In this document: one piece after another, positions 50,443 through 64,000 of the stretch
Position numbering within the stretch: the stretch's first letter is position 1
How the letters are laid out: the number at the start of each line of letters is the position of its first letter
Assembly: GCF_001194135.2 (NCBI RefSeq)
Contig: NC_068983.1
Span: 150,960,775-151,024,774, forward strand
Reading direction: 5' to 3'
Source: Octopus bimaculoides
Taxonomy: Eukaryota
Length of the DNA stretch: 64,000 bases
The notes under the pieces: generated by a model
Told to the model about the DNA's origin: nothing
Seen by the model: the letters and a program-made list of their open reading frames with translations, nothing else
The model's database searches: none
Translations under genes and position numbers: made by a program

Positions 50443-53400
50443 TGGGAGTTTTAATATGTATATATAACGTTACACATACACATGAATAGCAACGAAGTAT
50501 TTAGACTTGAGTATTGAAGTGACATGCACACCTACCACATGAGTAGCATGCACACACACACCTACACACAATAACATAAGCACTCATATGCATACGCAGA
50601 CGAACACAAATGCACACACACACATATAGCCACAGACCAGGCAATTCGGATATCCAGAAACCCCAAGAAGAGTCTTAAATAAAAGGGCCTTGTAACTTTA
50701 TTAGTGGCCAGATTGAATTCTGCTCAAGGAAGACATTAAAATCCCTACGAAAAGCACACATATATGCTAACATACATATACGCATGCATATATACAGCTG
50801 TACACACACACACACACGCACACATAAAAGCACACAGGCACATACACATGCATATACACACCATACACACACTCACACACACATATATGTATAGACACAC
50901 AGACTTATAAACCTATTCAGAAACAGACATACATAATGGCAGACGCACAAATGGCATCGAATAAGCACTCACAGATGTATGTAGAGTTATGGACATGTAT
51001 ACACACAAGCGTATACACCGAGACAGAGATGTCATATACGGACATTTACATAGATACACAAAAACACAAATGCATGCATATAATGACGAAGTTATACACA
51101 AACTGATACAAGCAGAGCTAATATACATGCGCATATATTTATATAGAATCGGTAAAGCTAAAAGACGCAGTGATATACATCCATCTAATGTCTTAAACAC
51201 GCACTTACACATTCATTGTTTCAATTATGTACATTGACACATGAACATGCACACATACACATATATATATATATATATACACAGCTTCCATTCATAATAG
51301 ATAAACCTATGACAGATTTATTTTGGGACATCAAGTTGTCGGGCTTGAAAATTGAAACTGTCAAAAACTTTTCTTTCACCGGGTCATATTTTTGAGCGAA
51401 TGAGACGGCGGTGAGACGCCTAGTAGGGGTAGTATTTTCAATCATAATGTTAAAAATAAAAATAATAATATTCTTTTTAATAATGATAATAACGACTATT
51501 AAAAGCTACAATAATAAAAACGATGTAAAACAACAAAATAACAACACTAATATTAAACATTGTCTTTGTTGTCTTTGTTTCGTTACAGCAGTTCAGTGTG
51601 ACGGTGGTGAGAAGCGTGAAACATCGCTGCTGTAGAGTATTTAACTACGTTCTGAGTTCAAAACTAGACGAGGTGAGGTTTGGCTTAACTTGCAATGTTT
51701 TCTGGAGGAAATGAATGTCAGTGGAATATGTACCAGTAATACAGTGATGCGATTTCACTGACTGTATTCTCTTCTATATAGATCTAAAATGAGAAATTAT
51801 AAATGTTAATGTGTTGTAACGTGGACACAAGGCAATGAATATGTTTGGTGAGCGGAGTACGGTGACCGAAATCTCACTACTTGATCAGAACATTGTTTTA
51901 TCGATCCCAAGAAGAGCAATATTAAAACTGAAGTTGGCAGGATTTGACCACAGAAAGTATATAGACACATCTAAATAGCATTGATTCTGGCAATGTTTTG
52001 CCCTTGAAAATATAGGTAATCACACTTGCTGAGTAGATTCGCTTTTATCCGTGCCAGTATCAGAGTATCCATGGCAAGAAGTCATTCGTATGGTTTCTGC
52101 TATTGCTCTATATGGAAGTTTCAGACACATTTGAAATTCAGGGACCAGAAGACGTTGTTCATTTATGAATGATTACTTACATATATTCAAGCATTAACTT
52201 TCAATCGTTGTTGTTTAGCTCGAGGTCGGTTCTGATTCAGCAGGCCCTGTGCTCAATGACGTACATCGAGTATTTAGTATTTCCCGTGCATCGAGTATTT
52301 ACTTATACGTTATTCACTCAGACTTAAATACTATCTGTAAGACGTATGGGTGCATTTTGAGGAATATTTGACGACTAGTTTTAGCAGGTCGAATGATGAT
52401 GTAAATGCTCCCTATTTCGCTCGATTACCTTGAAATATTTTGACCTGCCTGATGACTTGTATCCTTATAAGTAAACTTCTTACTCGTTGCACCAAAACTG
52501 GATAATATAATTCAGCAGTTTGTTTGGTTTTACTTTCCTTATAATATCCAAGATTGATAAGGCCAGGAATTTTGGATGTGAAGGGGCTGTAGTCAATCAT
52601 ATCCACCCCAGGAGTTGACTTATACTTTAATTTATTGGCCAAGGTGGGAACGGATGCCTGAGTTAACCTAAGTAAAGTTAAACTTTATTTTCTCTAATAT
52701 TTGTCCAAGATCACAGTTTCAGGGATTCAGGTTCCATGGACATCGTTTTTGTTCTTGCATCAAATATCTCCAGTAATGGTAAATTAGTCGTCTACCTCTC
52801 TAAAAGCTTTAACGAGAACGAAGATTTTACATTCCAAGTAAGAATTACTTTGATATGACAACTTCTAAATGAATAAAAATCGAACGCACTTTTACAACCT
52901 TATTTTTCCGTTTTTCTCCTTTACAGACGCCCCCCCCCCCACATACACACAAATACACACGCTATGTTTCAAAGAACGAAGTAGTGGCAAGTAGAAAACC
53001 CTTGAGAAACCAATCCAAGGGCAAACTTAAAAACTGTCTGTCACATGAATGCTCAAAAACGTTCCCGTAACCTGGTACACAAGGGATGTAATTAAAAGGC
53101 ACAATTGTGACTGTATCAACAGATTATGCCCTTATCCAGCACTCACATTAAAAGTTAAGAAAAAGCATGTGCAAACCGGGAGGACTGGAAGCAGATATGA
53201 GAGCTGAAGCCATTGGTGCAGATCACATTGACCATTGCTTGACGTAAAAGAAAAACTGAAGGAAAAAAAAGAGCTCGACAACGACAATTTCTGTAAATTT
53301 TGCAGTAATTTTGTGACCAACGATTCATCTCAAACTCAGAACATGTCATGAAAAATAAATGGTAATATCAACAACCGATGAAGGAAACTTTCGAAACATC

Positions 53401-53762
53401 CTCAGCAGCGAAGAAATGCTGAAAGTGTGAGAGTGGGGAAAATGTGCGAGAGACTAACGGCTAGAAAGAGAAACAGAGGCGAGGAAAGAAGGGGAGAAAG
53501 AGAGGGAGAGAGAGAAGAGAAGAAAGATAGATAAAGAGATACATATGAGATTGTATGTATTTTTCTTTAATGATTGTGGACATGGTGTAACACCGCTTTC
53601 AATATGGACGAGTTTAAGCCCAGTTTTGAATAATATTTTATCGATCTCAGAAGGTTTAAAGGCAATGCCAACTTGTATGGAATTTCAACTCGGGACAGAG
53701 AAATATGACCAAATATCTCAAGGTCTTCTGATCTATACTCGCTCTCAGTCGTGGCATCCACC

Positions 53763-53880
<118 letters not shown>

Positions 53881-55540
53881 ATACTCACAGATACACACGT
53901 ACACATACATACGCACATTTTTCAAAGGTGATGATTTCCTCCTTCGCTAAGATTTTTGCCTTTTACCGTTCCTTTCAGAACAAGTCGAAAAATCAGACGA
54001 AAGAAAATAACCATGACCCAGGCTCCTTAATGAGTTCGTTCATATTCTTTTTACGTGAACGAACAGTGAAAAGCAATAAAGTTTAAATAGTGACAGAGTG
54101 AATCATAAGCTTTGAAGGAACTTATAATTTCTATTTCATGTATTGAATATATTTTTTTCTACTACATATGTACATATATGTGTGTGTTTGTGTCTTTATG
54201 CATGTATGTATGTATATATGTATATAGTTATATTTATATAAGAAAATGGAATATGTATATATGTATATATGCATATGTATATATGTGTATATACATATAT
54301 ATTCACTTATGTGTATAGGTATGTATATGTGCATATATATGAAAATTTGCTTATATATATAATGTATGCATATGTATATGTAATGTATATACGTATCTGT
54401 GTATTTGAATGTATGTGTTTATATATGTGTGTGTGTATGTGTGTGTTTATGTGTGTGTGAGGGAGTGTGCGTGTGTGTGCTGTTATCATGTGTTTGTGTC
54501 TCTATTCGTTTGTGTGTATGTGTGTATGTACCAGCCTTATCTCTTCTACAATCCAGAACCACACGAACATGTAATTTGTTCACAACCTTTTAAAATTTAA
54601 TGCCTAATCTACCAATTTTCAATATCTCATGAAGAAAATTGCGTTTTCATTATGTGTGTGTGTGTTTGCGTGCGCGTGTATGTAAGTATGTATGTACGTA
54701 TGTATGGATGTATGTATTACAAACTACTCGAAATCTAAAATTTTAATATATCTCCAGTTATTATTTATTTTAATCTTTCCCGAAACTAAAAATAATATGA
54801 TGATTTCAAGAATTCAAGTGATAAAAGATTTAAGATAAACTTGCCTCCGATTGAAAATTATTTTTAGAAGACCGAATTAATTTACTTCTTTCTAATGCAG
54901 ATAAGCCAAATAAGGGATTTTGCATCCCTGGAGTTATTTAACTACAAACTTTGCCGATATAAAAGATATAATATTTTAAAATATTTCCTTTCATAGTTCA
55001 AGGAAATTTTGTTTGATTGGGTGTTTGTAGAGCACACTGTTTCACTTCTCTTCTTTGATTTTATGCTGTTGAGTAAGTTTATATCAAAACATTGCGTTTG
55101 CCTACGTAAATTTAATTCTGTTTCGATATATTGTAAATATTCTGCTCGTATTTCCACATTTTATTGTTTAGTAATTCCACTCCAAACTACGGCAAAATTA
55201 ATCTTTACGAGCGTTTCTTAACTAAACAGCTTTCTAAAATGCCGATGTTTCCTCTTCTATTAATTCTTACTGATAATGAAGTATTTTGGTGAAAAATAAA
55301 CTTGTATAACTTTGTTGATGTTTCTACTATCTAAAACATCTTGTACTTCTTTATACTGTGTCGCATTCCAGCTTATGACCCAAAATTTCGACTTCCTCGC
55401 TCATTTTTTTTGCTATTAATTTGGTTCTCGAGCTTTTTTCTTTTTTGCGCATTTGGTAATGTGACGAAAGAGAGAGGCAGATATTTGTATTTTATACGTA
55501 TATACACACACAATGTATACATACATGCACATATTCATTA

Positions 55541-55929
55541 TTCTTTTACTTGTTTCAGTCATTTGACTGCGGCCATGCTGGAGCACCACTTTTAGTCGAA
55601 CAAATCGATCCCAGGACTTATTGTTTGTAAGGCTAGTACTTATTCTATCGCTCTCTTTTTGCCGAACCGCTAACTTACGGGGACGTAATCACACCAACAT
55701 CAGTTGTCAAGCGATGGTGGGGAGAACAAAGACAGACACAGATAACAAATACATGCATATATATATATATACGACGGACTTCTTTCTGTTTCTGTCTACC
55801 AAATCCACTCACAAGACTTTGGTCAGCCCGAGGCTATAGTAGAAGATACTTGCCCAAGGTGCCACGCAGTGGGATTGAACTCGGAACCATGTGATTGGGA
55901 AGCAAGGTTCTTACCACACAGTCACTCCT
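55541..55929 (-). mobile_element. SINE family B, full length
   Basis: Near-consensus. Confidence 0.9.
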
Positions 55930-56737
55930 ATTCTATAAACAATGGAAAATATTTCTGTTAAATTTATATATCCATTCAAATATTCATCTCAATGATTTTC
56001 CTTTGTGGCGTTGTATTACTCATCTTAATTTCTCTTCTGTATATTTTGCTTCTGTATATTTTGCTTTTCTCATTGTCTGGAATTTTTCTTACCGCAAGCT
56101 TCTTACCACACAGCCACTCTTGCACCTATATGCAAACATTGTATACAAGAAATACTGATGCAACATCCTCATCAAAACTATCATCAAGTTCAAATATTAC
56201 GGGCCGGATACAGTTATCTAGGACAGAAAAGTAAGACCATATATAGCCATAGAGACAAACTCTCATGCAGATATTAATATTTTTTTTTACAAAATCCACG
56301 AGAATGTGATTATTTATTACAAAATTAGTGAGAAGGTGATTATTTATGGCCGATTGTTCTGAAAGCCCCTTGATTATAAATTCAGATTTTAAAACTCACA
56401 TTTAGTAGTTAACACGTTCTTTGAAAATAGAATATATAAGTTGAACAGTAAAAATAGGCAAGTTATTTCTAAAGTTCCACATTTAACACTAGAAATTGTA
56501 TCGATACTGTTTTGTTTGTTTGCTAGAAAACAGTTCCTTCCACATAGGAAGGAAGAATTCTAATTAATAAATAAAAATAAAGGCGTACTTATATACAAAT
56601 AAAGGAGATACAAACCGAAATATTCGAAGAATCATAAATAAAATAATAGTTGCCCTGGATGTAAAACAGGGATAGGTAGAAAGTTGTAATGAAGTTATAA
56701 ACTCTCACAAGCATAAACACACACACGTTATCCTTCC

Positions 56738-56813
<76 letters not shown>
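56738..56813. repeat. (TCTA)n tetranucleotide repeat
   Basis: Direct reading. Confidence 0.95.
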
Positions 56814-56814
<1 letters not shown>

Positions 56815-56920
56815 AGTACACAAACACACACACATATATGCGTGCGTTTCTATATGTGACCGCGTGTGTATCGTTGGCGATTTTCTTTCTTCGTCTTCCC
56901 TTCTTTGTTTTTTTTTCTAT

Positions 56921-56955
56921 ATTTCTGATGAAGAGCTCCGCTCAAAACGTGAAGT
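56921..56955 (+). ncRNA. Degenerate minimal hammerhead-like motif in a second copy (~56860-57060) of the repeat seen at 76-280
   Basis: ATTT | CTGATGA | A | GAGC-TCC-GCTC | AAAA | CGTG | AAGT; flanks ttggcgatttt..tcttc and ttcctt.cctgag.gtcc are shared with 76-200. Confidence 0.45.
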
Positions 56956-57141
56956 CCTCTGTCTTTTCTTTCCTTTCCTTTCCTGAGCGTCCAACAACAC
57001 AGTGCTTGTACCACGTCCTCGCGTTGTTGTTTATTCTTGCTTGTTCCTGTTTGGATTGACTATATATNNNNNNNNNNNNNNNNNNNNNNNNNNNNNNNNN
57101 NNNNNNNNNNNNNNNNNNNNNNNNNNNNNNNNNNNNNNNAT

Positions 57142-57704
57142 ATATATGGATAATAATAATAAATGGTGCAAAACGCATATAGATAAAAGTTCCTTTAATT
57201 CCTACACATGTTTCAAAATAAATGAGAGCCCTTTCACAAAGAAGAAAGAGCTGCTGGGATTCCTCATATATTTCTCTTCAGGGAGTTCATAATAAAGCAT
57301 ATAATAGCAAGAAAAAAACGAAATGATGAGGTAACTTACGAGCAGAGATGTTACATGGTCAGTGACCGTTAGAAGGTTTGTTTACATAGAGATATAAAGG
57401 GCCAATGATATTATTCCATGGGCTTTAGGAATAATATCATTGACCCCTTTATATCTCTATGTAAACAAACCTTCTAACGGTCACTGACCATGTAACATCT
57501 CTGCTCGTAAGTTACCTCATCATTTCGTTTTTGTCTTGCTATTATATGTTTTATTATGAACTCCCTGAAGAGAAATATATGAGGAATCCCAGCAGCTCTT
57601 TCTTCTTTGTGAAAGGGCTCTCATTTATTTTGAAACATGTGTAGGAATTAAAGGAACTTTTATTTATATCCGTTTTGTTCCATTTATTATTATTATCCAT
57701 ATAT
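57142..57704. repeat. Foldback inverted repeat: 276/277-bp arms, 10-nt loop (57418-57427)
   Basis: Manual arm-to-arm alignment: 7 substitutions and 1 indel. Confidence 0.95.
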
Positions 57705-57812
57705 TCTCAAAATGTATCACTTTAACTTGGTATCTCTACCTGTAAAATGGCTGTGGTATCTTGTTTTTAGTGTAATTTTGCTACCTCTGGTAACTATTAA
57801 TATATACATAAA

Positions 57813-57843
<31 letters not shown>

Positions 57844-58549
57844 TCTTACTCTCTCTTTCCACCTTTGATTGCTTCCCTTGTACTTTTCTCTTCTCTGTCT
57901 TTCATTCTGTTTCTTCATTCCTTCTGTTTCCTCCCTCTCATTATCCTCCTCCTCCTCTTCCTCATCCTCTCTGTATATCCCATTCTTTCCCTATATATAC
58001 TTCCTCTACCATACCACGTGACCTGTTTCCAGTGAAGGCGGTGTTGTTCTTTTTCGCCCTACCTTTGACCTTACTGGTCTGGGCTCCTGCTACGTCCATT
58101 AGGACTTACTGCATTTCACTCTGCACAACCCCACTAAGTTCGTTTGATAGCTGCAAAGCTTTTTCTGTTGTATTTGTGGCATTTGTATAATAACAATATT
58201 GTTTTTCTTCTGTTGTATATAGCCGTAAGACTTCGTGTTATAGATGCATAATTCTTCGTCTGTTGTATTTATATAATGTCTTATCTGTTTCTATCCCAGT
58301 ATACATTCGTTAGCTTTTTTCCAGTAGCTTCATGTCAGCACTGGCGCCTCCAGGATTGAGTAGTCTCAGCGATAATGGCGCGAAACCACAATGATATTTT
58401 GGTTCATTGACAGACGATGAAAACTCAGCTGCAAATATGCCGTGTATCGTGTCTGTCTATATTCCCCGTCCATGAACTTTTTCGTCTAGTTTCCCGTTTG
58501 CTCTGCTTTCGTCTAACTTTTTCTCTTTGTTGTGTTCTGCCTGTTCAAA

Positions 58550-58599
<50 letters not shown>

Positions 58600-59474
58600 T
58601 GCACGAATATCCCTTTGATATTGCCTAAATTCGCCTGAAAGAGCCTCTTCCCGAGGCTAGATTTTTTGAAGAGAGATTAAAAAAAAAAAGAAAAATGCAG
58701 TGGACAAGACAACAGCCATTCATCCATACACACATGTATACATGTACACATACATACATACACAAAAAGGTATTCTGACCAGCACCTTATTGATTCTGCT
58801 ATCGCTAATATAATAATGATGCTTGCTCTGGTATGAAAGGTGTTATGCTTATAAGTTTCAAAAAGGCGAAATAGGAAGATATGGATTGAATTCATTTCCA
58901 AACAATGTCAGTGAAACAGATTCAACTGCAAAGCGATTCAACTGCTAGGCGAAATCATGCTAAGCATTTATCACGGGATAAAAACCCATCTGTTCCTCTA
59001 TGTTGTCGACCACACAAGTGAATATCGAACTTTAGTCGTAAGAATATTTGTCTTCTTCTTTGTCCTGTTCCACGGTAAAGGTGCATGAACTGTTTGCTCA
59101 CACTTTGTGAAGATCATAAAAAGAAGATATATGATTAGTTGTACTCTTTAGGCAAATGTAAATCAATCCATAAATCTGTCGCCGCACTTTATGGTCAATT
59201 CCAACGTTGTTAATAGTTAGCCTTTTGTGTAACAAAGCAACGGAAAACAGTAGAGGTGTAAACAGAATAAGTCTAATGAATTTGCTAACCTCGTTTCAAT
59301 TTCGAAATGCCGTTGAAGTTGTGACTATGTTTTGCTCTGTGTAACAAATTCAATACTTTCTAGTTTTGTGGAGCACAACCTCTCAATATAAATGATGGGG
59401 CCATTAATTATATAACGACGTGCCTCAATAATTACAGGTATAAATTGAAATATATACTTTGTGTGGTCAATAGC

Positions 59475-59855
59475 TTTTATCTCTTATTATGTTTCAGTCA
59501 TGCGACTGCGACCAAGCTGGGGCACCGTCTTGAAGAATTTGAGTCGAACGAATCGACCTCAGTACTTATTTTTAGTGATAAAATTTTTTAAAGCTGGATA
59601 CTTTTTCTATTAGATTCTTTTGTCGAACCGCTAAGTTACAGGAACGTAAACACATCACCGGTTGTCAAGCGGTGGTGGGGCACTTACACACACGTGTGTA
59701 TGGCGGGCTTCTTTCGGTTTCTGCCTATCAAATCCACTCATAAAGCTTCGGTCAGCCTGAGGATATTATAGTGCAAGACACTTACTCGAGGTGCCACGCC
59801 GTGGGACTGAACGCTGAACCATGTGGTTGAAAAGCAAACTTCTTACCGTAGAGTC
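59475..59855 (-). mobile_element. SINE family B, diverged
   Basis: tttcagtcatgcgactgcg..cgaaccgctaagttac..aaatccactc..gtgggactgaac..cttcttacc. Confidence 0.82.
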
Positions 59856-60275
59856 ACACAAATTTTTTAATGATTCATCATGAATATTTTCTTCGTTTTC
59901 ACTAAAAATTCTTATACTAATAAATTTATCTTAGAATTTGCTGGTCAATCGATTTCCGTTTCTGTACGCAATTTCTACTTGTATATAATATGAAACTGTA
60001 TATGCTTTTTCTTTTTAACAAAGTGATGATAGACCCAGGGTAAATATCATTACTAAGACCGATTCTAATCAGAGAATTGTTCGTGGATACACACACAGAG
60101 ACACGCACGCACATATGTATGTGTGCACGCGTACGTGTGTGGGTGTGTATGTGTGTGTGTGTATTTGCACGCATGTGCTAATATGTTTTTATCCATTGCA
60201 CAGCACACTTATAGTTGATTCGTTTGGCCATATATAACTGTTTTGGTTTGTGACTGAATATCTGTGCGCATGTGT

Positions 60276-60324
<49 letters not shown>

Positions 60325-60385
60325 NNNNNNNNNNNNNNNNNNNNNNNNNNNNNNNNNNNNNNNNNNNNNNNNNNNNNNNNNNNNN

Positions 60386-61060
60386 TTTTTTTTGTTTGTT
60401 TGTTTGTGTGTCTGTGTGTATTGTCTGGTATTTTTAATTTTTGGAAATCTTGTAAAGAAGGAGCTGTTTTCTAATAAAGATCTAAAGCTCTTTCTTTGGA
60501 ATGAAGATAAAAATCAAAGTTCACATAGTGAACCTGAGAACAATTTTGCATATTTTTACTATTCCACTCACTGAGTCTATTTGTAACGTGTTCGTTAGCT
60601 GGGTAATTCCTCTCTCTCAAAGTCCTAGTTTTTCCAGTCTGAAAACCAAGTGCACCGATTATTATTGGTATAAATGTGAATTGAGAACCTTAATATAGAA
60701 GCTGAAGGGTTCAAAGTAGTTGTCCCTTTTTTTCCTCATTCTCTTTGATTTTCGAAGAGATATTCACTTCAACTGGACAGCTAGCTGATCTCTATGACGG
60801 CACTTACTTTTTCTTGTCTGTCGCAAACGACGATATTCGACCTGTTATGTTTATACTTGGTAGAAGTTTTTGACGGGAATGTCCTATCAATATTCCTTGT
60901 GTTGATGTTTATGTATGCATTCAGTAACAGAGAGTTTCTTTATATTTTTCGCAGAACAGGCCTATTTTTCGAATGACATTGTATATTGCTTTAGCGATAA
61001 CGTCATATTGCATTAGAAGGTAGTACCTAGATAGCAATTTTTTGTTTGGGGTCTTCAAAA
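60386..61060 (-). mobile_element. RLE-bearing non-LTR retrotransposon (R4/Dong-like) 3' fragment with probable A-rich end
   Basis: Minus strand across frameshifts: SRYYLLMQYDVIAKAIYNVIRK, KHNRSNIVVCDRQEK..VIEIS-CP, FIPIIIGALG, LQIDSVSGIVKICKIVLRFTM* (stop 60521-60523); the RHD..HNRPDIV..IE.S.P..IPIIIGALG pattern of RLE LINEs. Confidence 0.75.
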
Positions 61061-61469
61061 TTCATCAGTTCTCACCTGACGAATTATTCAGCCAGTGAGA
61101 GTGTAAAAGATTATAATACAACTTCGTCAATAAGCCGCCATGCGGAACTTAAGTCCCAGTTAATACGAACTATACAATAAATTTGACTCTTCTCTCAGTT
61201 AGTAGTTTCTCAAAATGGTGCTTTGTTATTCTTAAATTTGCGTAAAGATAGTAAACTTAATATAAAACAAATGAACACACACAGACCTACTCACCCCGCA
61301 CACACACACTCACACACTCACACACTCTCTCACACACACTCACACAAACACAGGCAAACACATTCACACGTACATATTAAGATTGAGGTGTCCATGAACG
61401 AGGGTTAGACAGAAACTAATGCAGAATAGACATAGCTTTATATCATCTGACGTACCTTTCTATACAAAG

Positions 61470-61716
61470 GTACCACTACAAGCAGTCTCCGTTGCAAATC
61501 GTCCACAAGATGGCGATTCTTTTCAATGGGCGAAACTGTTGGGCTCCCACTCCATGGTTTGTCTTCAATGCTTGTTTTCCTTCTTTTTAAACTACTATGT
61601 ACATTGTTCCAATCAATATTGTAATCACCGTGAATAACTTGTAGCCTTCTGTGGAAGTCGAAAATCTTGTCCTTCGTCTAAATTCAACAGCTTGTGAACC
61701 TCTACTCGGAATTCAT
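61470..61716 (-). mobile_element. Mariner-like transposase N-terminal remnant
   Basis: FHRRLQVIHGD...LKRRKTSIEDKPWSGSP resembles the mariner HTH region (IH..L..VYG...FK.G.TS.ED.PRSGRP). Confidence 0.55.
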
Positions 61717-62097
61717 TATTTGCCTGCAATAAATAATAATAGGAAGATGAGCTACTTTAGAGAAAGAATTACGCGCGCGTTATGCGCAGTTTGAACAATT
61801 TATGTCATTTCATAAAAAGATATGGCCGCGTTTGTATCACTTTCGGTGCTAACAGCGCGTTTGTATGTGCATGAGTGTGTGTGTGTGTGTGTATGTGTGT
61901 GTGTGTATATGAGAGTGTATGTGTGTGAGTACACACACACATACACACACGCACACGCAAACATACACTCACAAAATATAAATCAATATATGTATGTATA
62001 TGTATACATACATACATGTGTGTATATATGCATCCATCTATTCTCCCTTTCTCTATGAATACATATACTCACACAGACATAGACAAGATGCGTTTGC

Positions 62098-62134
<37 letters not shown>

Positions 62135-63267
62135 NNNNNNNNNNNNNNNNNNNNNNNNNNNNNNNNNNNNNNNNNNNNNNNNNNNNNNNNNNNNNNNNNN
62201 NNNNNNNNNNNNNNNNNNNNNNNNNNNNNNNNNNNNNNNNNNNNNNNNNNNNNNNNNNNNNNNNNNNNNNNNNNNNNNNNNNNNNNNNNNNNNNNNNNNN
62301 NNNNNNNNNNNNNNNNNNNNNNNNNNNNNNNNNNNNNNNNNNNNNNNNNNNNNNNNNNNNNNNNNNNNNNNNNNNNNNNNNNNNNNNNNNNNNNNNNNNN
62401 NNNNNNNNNNNNNNNNNNNNNNNNNNNNNNNNNNNNNNNNNNNNNNNNNNNNNNNNNNNNNNNNNNNNNNNNNNNNNNNNNNNNNNNNNNNNNNNNNNNN
62501 NNNNNNNNNNNNNNNNNNNNNNNNNNNNNNNNNNNNNNNNNNNNNNNNNNNNNNNNNNNNNNNNNNNNNNNNNNNNNNNNNNNNNNNNNNNNNNNNNNNN
62601 NNNNNNNNNNNNNNNNNNNNNNNNNNNNNNNNNNNNNNNNNNNNNNNNNNNNNNNNNNNNNNNNNNNNNNNNNNNNNNNNNNNNNNNNNNNNNNNNNNNN
62701 NNNNNNNNNNNNNNNNNNNNNNNNNNNNNNNNNNNNNNNNNNNNNNNNNNNNNNNNNNNNNNNNNNNNNNNNNNNNNNNNNNNNNNNNNNNNNNNNNNNN
62801 NNNNNNNNNNNNNNNNNNNNNNNNNNNNNNNNNNNNNNNNNNNNNNNNNGAAATAATGGACAGTGAAAACAACATTAAAAAGCCGTACGGCCAAACGCGA
62901 ATCTGATGTAGAACGCTAACAGTTCGTCTCGCCTTCATAGTGGCTGGAGTGAAAAGAGAGTTGACCACAGGTCACACTGGGGCAGAGAGGATGGTAGAGG
63001 GAGGAAGTGGAACAAGGAGGAAGAGAGAGATGTGTATAGCAGTGAAGTAGAAGCCAGGACAACAGAAGGAAGCAGAGCGAGAGGGGGAGATGGGTAAGAA
63101 GAAAGATAGAGAGAGAGATAGATAGATAGAGAAAGACAGACAGATAGATAGATAGAGTCGCATCAGAATAATAAAGTACAAACTTACTTACATATGTACG
63201 TGTGTGTGGATGTATATATGCGGGCGGACGTTATTGCATAAAGGAGTTTGTGTCGGTGTTTGTGCGT

Positions 63268-63375
<108 letters not shown>

Positions 63376-63588
63376 AACAAATCAATTCACACCGTACCGT
63401 GTTTGAATATAATTTGTTACTCAATTTAGACAGCGAGAATAAGATTATTATTATTATTAACACATTTACATAACGCGTTTATTCGTTGAAGTATGTAAGG
63501 AGTGAGAGATTGAGTGACTTAAGGGGAGGAGGAAGGAATATGTGTGTGGTGTGTGCATGTGTATATATGGTTGAGAGTGAGAGGGAGG

Positions 63589-63628
<40 letters not shown>

Positions 63629-64000
63629 TTGGGGATAGTGAAAATGTGGACAGTTTATCAGAATACACGTAGAGATGAAACTTGTGAGAAATGACACATA
63701 CATACATACATACATACATACATACATACATACATACATACATACAAAAATACCCTGTTGTTGATGTTAAAAGTTGTATGGAGGAGCCTTGGATCTAGGT
63801 TAGAAACCAATTCTTTCTCTATTGGCAAGACATCTTGAAATAAACTGAATAATGACCCACCCCCCCACATATATATATATAAAACTTACTTGGAAAATGA
63901 TGCGTGGCGTTCGCTCATATAATAATATAAATAATATATAAATATATGCGTATATACAAACATATATCTATGCATATATTTATATATTATTTATATTATG

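Noticed and set aside
60955-61019. Apparent + strand exon with tttttcgcag acceptor and AAG|GTAGT donor
   Set aside because: The same bases encode the RLE retrotransposon on the minus strand, which explains them better.
61620-61725. Apparent minus-strand exon after ttattgcag
   Set aside because: The sequence lies within the mariner-like transposase remnant.

Overview
AT-rich eukaryotic draft scaffold: 20 N-gaps totalling about 9 kb, most flanked by (TA)n/(CA)n tracts. It is dominated by microsatellites and tRNA-derived SINEs; the repeat content suggests an Octopus or other coleoid cephalopod genome (inference). I found no host protein-coding exon I can support. The long ORFs in the track are artefacts of N-runs and microsatellites, and every recognisable protein-like segment is a decayed transposable element: CR1 LINEs, Penelope-like GIY-YIG fragments, Tc1/mariner remnants and an R4/Dong-like RLE LINE 3' end. 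Best second-look items: a ~97% identical 563-bp foldback hairpin (57142-57704); degenerate minimal hammerhead-ribozyme motifs in a probable Penelope-derived repeat (134-170, 56921-56955, weaker at 48056-48100); two head-to-tail SINE dimers each bounded by a single target-site duplication; a SINE family with a built-in internal microsatellite; modular head/tail swapping among SINEs; and several local inverted or direct duplications. These are mobile-element phenomena. I see no evidence for a novel multi-gene system. SINE family letters (A, B, C, C2, D) are my own working labels.
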